From: a virus
IMG/VR virus record: IMGVR_UViG_3300033143_005857
Coordinates: 1 to 64,000 of that record
DNA length: 64,000 nt
Reading direction: 5' to 3' (one strand)
In this document: in pieces, positions 56,510 through 64,000 of the stretch
How positions within the stretch are numbered: the first letter of the stretch is position 1
Layout: each line of letters starts with the position of its first letter
Made by a program: the position numbers and the translations under genes
Notes under the pieces: generated by a model
Database searches by the model: none
The model's input: the letters and a program-made list of their open reading frames with translations, nothing else
What the model was told of the DNA's origin: nothing

Positions 56510-59274
56510 TTAGTTGTATAACTTGTCAGTCGTTTTACTTTAAATTTTGAAACAATTTCATCCCATGTAATGTCTATTGCTTCAAGTATAGTTTCTATTT
56601 TCATTTTTATTGTTTTCTCTATGAGTGTATTATAATCTATTATTTCTACAAGATGAGGTGGAATATAATAATTATCATCCAGTGCAATAATTTCTATTCT
56701 GCTAAATGGATGTGGAACTTTAGAATATTTAATATACATAAACTTTGGTTTAGATCCTCCACCATAATTTGTTTGTGCTCCCCAATAACCACTAAACTCA
56801 TTTGTCCAACGTGCAGCACGTATCCAATCTTGGTTTCCGTATGTTTGTAGTGGCTTTGAAATACCTTTAGAGAAAGCCAACTCTTCTAACTCGTATTTAC
56901 CATTTCGTATTTTAAACAGTTCCTTCTTAACATGTTTAATCATATCCGCTTTAGGTTTGCCATAGCAAGCCATTCGAAGCAGTTTCTTCATAAGCGTATT
57001 TCCAACACGGCTCATATCAGATCTGTCAAATCCTTTAATATCTAACTTATCTTTTTCATAATCTTCCCATACAACATGTCCAGCATATCTTTTCTTTGCT
57101 GCTCGGTTTGAATCCTTTTTGCGAACCATGAAAAGTGTTTTATAAATTTTTTCTGCTTTCATGAGAAAATAGTGCTTGTCAATATTGAATATTTCGTTAA
57201 AGATATCATACTTGCTGTTAAGATAGTTAGCCAAATATTTTGCTTCCTTTAAGCATTCTTGTGTATTATTTGATTTTAACAACGGAAATACACTGTCTGT
57301 ATCTCCATAATACACAATATACATAAGTTTTATTAGAAGATCGATAGAATACTGGATAACTATACGACCAGTTGCTGTAATGTTTGCAAATATTTTTCTG
57401 TTGTATAGTCTAAACACTTCTAAGCCAAGCACACCAAAAATTGAATTTGTAATAAATTTTACAACAACTTGAATACGGTCAGTAAGCTTGCTTTCGGATA
57501 TTTTGCCAGCATTCTTTTGCGTTTTAACAAGAGTTTTTAGGCTGTCACGATATTCTATAAGGTCGATTATAATCTCCGCTAAAAAGGATGTTTTATCCTT
57601 TCTAAAGTAAACATCTTTAATTGGTGATTTGATGAGTTCTGGTATACGTTCTGGTTCTGGGCTGTAGACTATTGTATCTTCACCCATATTTAATGTTAGC
57701 ATAGCATTTGGATACAAACTCTTTAAATCTAATACAGTAATCCAGTGTTGAATGCCTTTTTGAGGAGCTTGGATAACCAAAGCACCTTTTGATTTTTTAT
57801 CTTTATTTTCAGCACGTCGTTTGCTTGGTAATACAATTTGTTGTTCTTTAGCTTTAAATAGCATATAAGAATCTACAATTCTGCTGTTTTTAAGCACATC
57901 TTCAAAGTTGCAACCGCTAAAACATTTAACATCATAAAAAAACTTAAATACTCCTTCCTTAACACCGATAGCGTATTCTAAGAACACGTCTTGCACGTTA
58001 TACAAGATAAGTTTGTTAATATCATGTTTATACATAGCATCTATGCCATTATGCTTAACTTTGCCAATACCAAATAAGTCTAAAGATACATTATCCAATT
58101 TGTTGCTTTCACGTTCGTGTGTTAATGTTTTAACAAATCCTCGCCATGTATCAAACACTATCTTGCCTTTAATACGTGCAAACCCACTTTTATCTATCCA
58201 TACTGAACGTAATGGACTTAATTCTGAAGCATCCAATCGTAATTTTTTCATCCGTTCGATTATGTATGGTGCATCAAATTGCTTAAAGTTCCAGCCAGTA
58301 GGTATGTCTGCATTCATGTCTTTCCAAAAATCTATAAATGTATTAAGCATATCTATTTCGTTGTTAAATGTCCACAAACTTAATCTATAATGTGGTTTGA
58401 GTTCGTTTTTAACAAATTCTGCAGTTGAAATGTATTCTTTTAATTTTTCTGTTAGTGTATAATGTTGTGTTGTATAATTTGTATACCGTTTTTCTTCTTC
58501 GGTTAAATTTTCGTATGTAATATTGTCTGGTATAATTAAATCTATATCTATTATATCTTCATACTCTTTTTTTAATACATCTAATTCTACTATTGTTGAT
58601 TTAATACTTTTTTCAATTGCTGCTGGTATAGGATTAGTATAATATTTTGTATATTTTGCACGATTTTTAAGATCCTTTCGAAATACAAAGCAATATAACT
58701 TTTTTGAATAACTATCTAAACATGATAGGCTGTAAATACGATTTACTGGGTTTCTATACGATGGAAAGCGTCCACCAGTTTCTACTGTTGATACTTCAAT
58801 ATCTATATGCAAACGCTTTAATTCTACTCTGAAATCGCATGGTTCTATTTTATCTTTTCCATAAAATACGTCTTCCTCTTCCCCTTCGATTTCAAACCCA
58901 GATTTAATACCAAGTTCTAATAAAGAACGTGTTGTAAATTCTATATCGTCTTCAAATGTTTTGCTAAATCTAACACGGAAACCTTCCTTATCTTTTCTAT
59001 TTCCACCGATATCAGATGGTGTCCTCATTACTATTTTCTTTAACTGCTCTTCTTTAATAGATTTCCAGCCTAAAGGTGTCATATCAACAATTTTAACAAT
59101 TCGTCGATTTTTAGGCACTGGTGTTGATTTTAATACATAAAAAAATGGACGTAAGTTATAAACACAAACATGCCAGTCTCTTAGTTGCTCATCACGACCA
59201 AACAAATGAACGATTGGTTTATCGTCTGATATAGTATATTCTGCAATAGATAAGGCAATTTTCATGTTAATCAC
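56500..59274 (-). CDS. polB: Family B DNA polymerase
   Basis: DIEV, GWNFKQFD, YNVQD exonuclease motifs; DLKSLYP, K...NS.FG, YGDTDS, KKRY. Confidence 0.97.
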   Translation of the reverse strand: MINMKIALSIAEYTISDDKPIVHLFGRDEQLRDWHVCVYNLRPFFYVLKSTPVPKNRRIVKIVDMTPLGWKSIKEEQLKKIVMRTPSDIGGNRKDKEGFRVRFSKTFEDDIEFTTRSLLELGIKSGFEIEGEEEDVFYGKDKIEPCDFRVELKRLHIDIEVSTVETGGRFPSYRNPVNRIYSLSCLDSYSKKLYCFVFRKDLKNRAKYTKYYTNPIPAAIEKSIKSTIVELDVLKKEYEDIIDIDLIIPDNITYENLTEEEKRYTNYTTQHYTLTEKLKEYISTAEFVKNELKPHYRLSLWTFNNEIDMLNTFIDFWKDMNADIPTGWNFKQFDAPYIIERMKKLRLDASELSPLRSVWIDKSGFARIKGKIVFDTWRGFVKTLTHERESNKLDNVSLDLFGIGKVKHNGIDAMYKHDINKLILYNVQDVFLEYAIGVKEGVFKFFYDVKCFSGCNFEDVLKNSRIVDSYMLFKAKEQQIVLPSKRRAENKDKKSKGALVIQAPQKGIQHWITVLDLKSLYPNAMLTLNMGEDTIVYSPEPERIPELIKSPIKDVYFRKDKTSFLAEIIIDLIEYRDSLKTLVKTQKNAGKISESKLTDRIQVVVKFITNSIFGVLGLEVFRLYNRKIFANITATGRIVIQYSIDLLIKLMYIVYYGDTDSVFPLLKSNNTQECLKEAKYLANYLNSKYDIFNEIFNIDKHYFLMKAEKIYKTLFMVRKKDSNRAAKKRYAGHVVWEDYEKDKLDIKGFDRSDMSRVGNTLMKKLLRMACYGKPKADMIKHVKKELFKIRNGKYELEELAFSKGISKPLQTYGNQDWIRAARWTNEFSGYWGAQTNYGGGSKPKFMYIKYSKVPHPFSRIEIIALDDNYYIPPHLVEIIDYNTLIEKTIKMKIETILEAIDITWDEIVSKFKVKRLTSYTTKGK

Positions 59275-59741
59275 TTAGTTTTTGTTTTCTTTTTTGGGTT
59301 GTAAATTTTGTATTTTTCTAAACCTACAAAATCTTCATGGTCTACTTTAAGAACATGTGTCTTTACAGTTGTTGAAAACTTCTTTTTGTTTGATTCTCCA
59401 CGCACAATTTGTGCAATCTTAAACCATTTTGGTTGAATTAAGATTATAATATTTTCAACAGCTTTAATTGGCGAAGCATGTGCTCCACAACTGTAAATAT
59501 CTATAGATACATATAGTTCTTCTGGATATGTATGCAGACATAAATGGCTTTCAGCTAACAGCAAATTAATAGAAACTCCTTGTGGTTGAAATTGATGCTC
59601 TGTTGATTTAATTAATTTGTTATTGCTTAACTCAACTGATTTAAAGCAATTTGTTAGCAAAGTTATTTTGTCATCTAATAACTTTGGTTTACATTGACAT
59701 TCAAACAAATCCAATATTAGATGCTTTCCTCGTGTTATCAT
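59271..59741 (-). CDS. speD: S-adenosylmethionine decarboxylase proenzyme
   Basis: GKHLILDL, FQPQGVS...LAESH...HTYPE...DIYSCG. Confidence 0.9.
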   Translation of the reverse strand: MITRGKHLILDLFECQCKPKLLDDKITLLTNCFKSVELSNNKLIKSTEHQFQPQGVSINLLLAESHLCLHTYPEELYVSIDIYSCGAHASPIKAVENIIILIQPKWFKIAQIVRGESNKKKFSTTVKTHVLKVDHEDFVGLEKYKIYNPKKKTKTK

Positions 59742-59900
59742 GGTAATTCAACCCTAAATTTAACACCACAAGCACCACAAATTAACCAATTTGTTGCTGT
59801 TTCTTGAGGTTGTTGCATAATTGCTGATTTGCCACAATTTAAGCAATACTTTACAGCTTCTAACCCAAGATATTTGGTTGGTTTAACTTTTGGTTTGTCT

Positions 59901-60833
59901 TCACTCATTTTCATCATCCTCGTTATTGTCATCCATAGATTCTGCCAATTGATTGTTAATATCTTCATCATCAACACCATCTACAGATCCTTCACCGTCT
60001 TCTTGGCTATCTTCTTCAAGTTCGGTTGTAGCAAGGATGTAAACCAAGTTTATTTCTTCGGTTGTTTTTCTAATAATCATTGGTCCTTCATTACATAACC
60101 AGATTTCTATTTCTCCTTTGAGATTTCCAAAAGCATTACCAAATCCATAACTGTAAATGCTACCAATCGTTTCTTTTGTTTTAATTTCTTTAGCATTTAA
60201 CTGTCGTCGGATTTTAGCACCACTTTCATCATCAGAAACAGTTACAAGAACATATTTTTCATAAACTGTTATAGGAAAGCTTCGATACTCGATTTGTTCA
60301 CCGTCTTGCACTACTTCCATAAACTCTTCAGCATCAATTTTGATATATGTATCCAGCACCAATTCTCCAGCAGACCATGTATTTGTCTTTTTGCTAAATT
60401 TGAATGGTATATCAGCACTAACAGACGATGTCACAGTATCTAAAGCGATTGTTGGTAATTCAACTTCAAGCTTTGGTTTCACACGTTTGAATATAACTAT
60501 ATCAGTTCCTTCATCTTGAACATACCGCACAGTTATAGTTTCATCGTTTTTGAACCGTTTAATACCATTTACATGATTTTTTTTGTTTGTTTCATCTAAA
60601 TCAAATGGAATGTTTCCAATTTCTTTCACCAAATCTTTCTTCATAGGTGCTTTAATCAAAGTAATAAGCACTTCGTTTTCGTCTATCGCTTCTACTTTAA
60701 TATTTGATTTGGATACATTCAGAATTAGGTCTTTGAGCATCGGCTTGTTTTCACCTTTAACCGTGCGTCCAATTGCTTGCACATAACTAAAGATATTTTT
60801 TAAAATTCCAGCTTTAATATTAAACTTGGTCAT
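59901..60833 (-). CDS. Sliding clamp (PCNA-like) with acidic tail
   Basis: Two-domain clamp pattern (AIDENEVLIT; EGPMII...YILA) next to polB. Confidence 0.7.
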   Translation of the reverse strand: MTKFNIKAGILKNIFSYVQAIGRTVKGENKPMLKDLILNVSKSNIKVEAIDENEVLITLIKAPMKKDLVKEIGNIPFDLDETNKKNHVNGIKRFKNDETITVRYVQDEGTDIVIFKRVKPKLEVELPTIALDTVTSSVSADIPFKFSKKTNTWSAGELVLDTYIKIDAEEFMEVVQDGEQIEYRSFPITVYEKYVLVTVSDDESGAKIRRQLNAKEIKTKETIGSIYSYGFGNAFGNLKGEIEIWLCNEGPMIIRKTTEEINLVYILATTELEEDSQEDGEGSVDGVDDEDINNQLAESMDDNNEDDENE

Positions 60834-60837
60834 CGTT

Positions 60838-61266
60838 TTACTCCGTTGTAGCAAGCCCAATAGACACTGAAACAGAATAAGATGCTGCAATCTTCTTTGC
60901 TTCAAACATCTTCTCCAGTGCTTTCTTATCAACAACAGTGGAAATCATGTCTTTGCTTACTCCAAGATCTTCAGCGATTGTTTCAAGCTCTGCTTTTGTT
61001 TTACCATCATAATTACTTGTCACAGTAAGAGAGTGGTGTTCTGGCAATTTCCACTTAAGTTTCTTTGCCTCTTCAATATTCTCAGCAAGTAAAAAGGAAT
61101 ATTTACGTGTAAACTTAAGTCCGTGCAAGTCTCCTTTATATTCTTTTTCTGCTGCATATCCACGAATTTTTGCGTAATGCTTGTCCATGTCCTTCTCTGC
61201 TTTTTTCTTAGCAATTTTGGCACTTCGAAACTTTTTACATGTTTCTTCAAATTCTTTATCATCCAT
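60838..61266 (-). CDS. Hypothetical protein
   Basis: ORF track. Confidence 0.55.
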   Translation of the reverse strand: MDDKEFEETCKKFRSAKIAKKKAEKDMDKHYAKIRGYAAEKEYKGDLHGLKFTRKYSFLLAENIEEAKKLKWKLPEHHSLTVTSNYDGKTKAELETIAEDLGVSKDMISTVVDKKALEKMFEAKKIAASYSVSVSIGLATTE

Positions 61267-61302
61267 CGTTGTTTTCTCCGCTTGTTATGTAAAATAAAAA
61301 AA

Positions 61303-61632
61303 TTATTTTGAGTGATTTACAGCAAACATATACTCTTCTTTAGAAGATTTGCTTCTATTTGCAAATTGGTTAATAACTCTACCAAATTCTTCATCGTCCA
61401 TAATTCCTCTAATAAGAATTACAGTTTCATTTCCGTCACAATACATTTCAACTTTCATTGGTCGATTTGGAGTTAAATGGTCTGGAATGTTGGCTGCAAA
61501 CAGTTCTTTGTCTAATCTCATATACAATTTACCGTCAGATTGACGAAATACTGGCAATGCAAAATATGAGCCATTATAGTCCCATCTACCACTAAGTTTT
61601 GGTTTTGGATGTTCTTCTGCCATTTTAATCAA
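61303..61632 (-). CDS. Hypothetical protein (AbrB-like possible)
   Basis: ORF track. Confidence 0.45.
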   Translation of the reverse strand: MIKMAEEHPKPKLSGRWDYNGSYFALPVFRQSDGKLYMRLDKELFAANIPDHLTPNRPMKVEMYCDGNETVILIRGIMDDEEFGRVINQFANRSKSSKEEYMFAVNHSK

Positions 61633-61877
61633 TTCTTTTTTTGTGGTGTTAAGATAATGCTTCCATCTTCAAATAATACAGTCATTATAGAGTTATCTAA
61701 TATCATTTGTTGGATCTTAACAAAATCTGCAATTACTTCCTTTTTTTTACCATTTGCCAAATACGCTGTTATAGTAATTGATGGAGGGTCAGAAACAGTA
61801 ATTTCACAGTTCATCTTACTGATAGCAAGACAAGTGCTGTTCTGAAAATCAAAACGCATATTCTTTGTTCTTCCCAT
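61629..61877 (-). CDS. Hypothetical protein
   Basis: ORF track. Confidence 0.45.
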   Translation of the reverse strand: MGRTKNMRFDFQNSTCLAISKMNCEITVSDPPSITITAYLANGKKKEVIADFVKIQQMILDNSIMTVLFEDGSIILTPQKKN

Positions 61878-61886
61878 AGTTCTCGC

Positions 61887-62990
61887 CTACAACAAATCTT
61901 TGAACAAGTCAATCAAATCAGAAAATGTTGGATTCCCAGTTAATTCATAACTTCGTCCTTTCATGTTTTCTGTTTCAAACCGACTGTCAATTACACGTAA
62001 TGTTCTAATTGTTTCTTTGTCGTCTCCAGAGCCGATTGTTTCTTTCTCATAACGAGCAATAACATCAACCCAGTAATCGCTGCCTTTTAGCACTTCTGAA
62101 ATTTGATTTCCAGTCTTGTATCCGTCCATTGCACCAGAACCAGAAGAAGCCCACTCATCCTTGGTTTGAGCCACGAGTATAACGTTCATGTTGATGTTGC
62201 GTAAACGTCGTAAGAAGCTTTTAACCTTTTTTGTTCTCCACTTATACTGAATTGGGATTGGTTTTTTCTTTTCCTTTCCGTCATCATCAAATCCGATACC
62301 AAGAATTTTATCAACCAATTTGAAATAAGCCCAATCACAGTAATCGCTAAAATTGTCAATAACGAGCGTGCCTTGTTCGTCGTCTGATAAGGCATAAGCC
62401 CATTCTTCCAATTCTTCAATAGATTTTGTTGGGTCTATTTCTTTAGTTATAGGATTTTCAACGAAGCAGTTATGTATGATGATATTACCTCCATCGATAT
62501 GTTCTGGAAAATTGAAATCTGCTTCGTCTTCGCTTGCATTTTCTGTATCTAATACATAGATTGGATGTCCCGCTGGTATAATACGACGTTTACCTTCAAA
62601 TCCATCAAAGTCTGCTGGAGTAAAAGTGAAGTTAGTTTTACCAACCTTAGATCCACCATCAAGCAAAATTACAAGCCCTTTCTTGCGTTTTCCTCGATCT
62701 TTATTGTCAATCCTTGCTTGATCCCACGTATCTTCTTTGCTTCGCAATACACGTGCTTTAACCTTTCCAGTTCTAAGTTTTTTCTTCCATCCAGCAACTT
62801 TAACGTCTTCTGGTGGAGTTGCTTCAGATACTGGTGTTTTCTTGATTACTGTGGTTGGTTTAGTGGTTGCAACGCTAACAATCTTTTTTGTGCTTCCAAC
62901 AACACGTTTTGTGACTGTTTTTTTCATTCCTTTTTTTACTATTGTTTTTTTCTTGGTTGTTTTTTTAGTTCTTGGCTTTCTAACTACCAT
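61887..62990 (-). CDS. AAA_24/Sak4-like RecA-fold ATPase with basic N-terminal tail
   Basis: GGSKVGKT, LDTE, LVIDN, ILVAQ, DSR. Confidence 0.75.
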   Translation of the reverse strand: MVVRKPRTKKTTKKKTIVKKGMKKTVTKRVVGSTKKIVSVATTKPTTVIKKTPVSEATPPEDVKVAGWKKKLRTGKVKARVLRSKEDTWDQARIDNKDRGKRKKGLVILLDGGSKVGKTNFTFTPADFDGFEGKRRIIPAGHPIYVLDTENASEDEADFNFPEHIDGGNIIIHNCFVENPITKEIDPTKSIEELEEWAYALSDDEQGTLVIDNFSDYCDWAYFKLVDKILGIGFDDDGKEKKKPIPIQYKWRTKKVKSFLRRLRNINMNVILVAQTKDEWASSGSGAMDGYKTGNQISEVLKGSDYWVDVIARYEKETIGSGDDKETIRTLRVIDSRFETENMKGRSYELTGNPTFSDLIDLFKDLL

Positions 62991-64000
62991 TTTCCATCTT
63001 CCTCTTCGGTTTCGTCTGCAGCATCATCGTCAGAATCAATTGTGTCAGTTTCATCTATGATTGGGTCAACAGTTCCTTCTGCTTCGTGGTTATCTTCTGT
63101 TCCACCACTTTCATCTTCGATGTCTTCTGGCTCAACTAAATCTTTAACGATAATACCGCTAACTTGGATGCTCGGTCGTCCCATTTCGTCCAGCACTTCG
63201 TTAGTAGCCATATCTTTCTTAAGGCTTGCACTCGTTTTACCAAACATAATAACAGTGCTGTATTTACCGAAACCAAACTCAAAGTTTGGATTTATCCAAC
63301 AGTTTACTGATTCAAGGATGTCTTCACTGTCGTCATCACCAAATCCAAGCGATTCATCATCAATAAGCATTCGATGGTTATTATCATTATCACTTTCAAT
63401 AATATCAATTACTTGCCCTTCAGTAACAACAATACGATTGCAAAATTGCCGTGTGCCGTCAGCGTTTTCTTCCATAAAAGAGTCATGATATTCTTGCAGT
63501 TCTCCAAGCGGAACATAGAAATTTGCAAAGTGTTCTGGAATTGAGTCTAAATCAAGTTCCAAATCTTCCATTAAGTTCCATTTTGTTACAGTAGTTGCAT
63601 TAAGTTCCCATGATTCTTCGTTGTCTTTGCTTGTCTTATTTGTAGCCTTTGATTTATACCATTTACCAAGATCAAACCCAGCACCTACAAATGATTTACC
63701 AGTAGGGTCTGCAAGTCTACCACTTATGGTCATTTCAAAAGGACGCAATTTTTCATCATCAATTGTTAAAAATGATTCACCAGTATCCTCATCTATTGCT
63801 TTTTTGTTGAGAGGAGCACCTAATCCACCAATTGTCATAATGTAGGCATGTTCTGGCAGAGGTTTGCCAAAATTCCTATTATCCTTTCCAGCTTTTGTTT
63901 TTGGTCGCTCGTCAATTGGTATTACAGTTTTCTTTCCCCTTGAATCCCTATCAATCCTTACAAGCTTTTTCTTTTTTGCTTCTGCTGGATTTTTGGAATG
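62984..64000 (-). CDS. Putative ssDNA-binding (RPA/OB-fold) protein, 5'-truncated by the window
   Basis: Frame open to 64000 (..NRNFGKPLP..); OB-like strands; very acidic tail ending in Trp. Confidence 0.55.
   Translation of the reverse strand, partial: HSKNPAEAKKKKLVRIDRDSRGKKTVIPIDERPKTKAGKDNRNFGKPLPEHAYIMTIGGLGAPLNKKAIDEDTGESFLTIDDEKLRPFEMTISGRLADPTGKSFVGAGFDLGKWYKSKATNKTSKDNEESWELNATTVTKWNLMEDLELDLDSIPEHFANFYVPLGELQEYHDSFMEENADGTRQFCNRIVVTEGQVIDIIESDNDNNHRMLIDDESLGFGDDDSEDILESVNCWINPNFEFGFGKYSTVIMFGKTSASLKKDMATNEVLDEMGRPSIQVSGIIVKDLVEPEDIEDESGGTEDNHEAEGTVDPIIDETDTIDSDDDAADETEEEDGKW

Noticed and set aside
4396-59274. Stop-codon reassignment, inteins or introns in TerL, PolB or helicases
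   Set aside because: Core genes are full length under the standard code, TAA/TAG/TGA all end genes, and no intein motifs were seen.
1-64000. Provirus or integration module
   Set aside because: No integrase, att site or flanking host housekeeping genes are recognisable in the window.

Overview
This window is about 64 kb of an AT-rich tailed dsDNA virus (Caudoviricetes, myovirus type) that most likely infects an archaeon. The host call rests on GGTGA ribosome-binding sites, TATA/BRE-like promoters, the set PolB, PCNA, PriS-type primase, Hel308, XPF/ERCC4 nuclease and a Top6A/Spo11-like protein, and the lack of a recognisable endolysin. The host lineage cannot be fixed from sequence alone. Layout: (i) 1-~2140 is an apparently non-coding block almost free of GA and TC dinucleotides; (ii) ~2.1-35.1 kb holds + strand packaging, head, contractile tail, baseplate, fibre and membrane genes, with an exact 15-bp late-promoter-like motif (AAAATTTACATATAT) at module starts; (iii) ~35.4-64 kb holds - strand replication, recombination, methylation and nucleotide-metabolism genes, interrupted at 45.8-49.5 kb by a + strand fibre cassette with the same promoter. 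The strongest candidate for an undescribed system is the GA/TC-purged block beside the likely packaging start. It carries a GA/TC-free copy of a palindromic origin-like element whose second copy at 35.2 kb contains GA/TC. Other unusual signals: an ORF-less late transcription unit complementary to a regulator's RBS, a tRNA-like element with an 8-nt anticodon loop overlapping the polB stop, paired 14-bp palindromes at module borders, a UUU-CGU +1 frameshift, a MuF-metalloprotease gene pair and a repeat-flanked methyltransferase with a PIP-like tail. All protein calls come from motif recognition and gene order, and all counts were made by eye; no searches were run.
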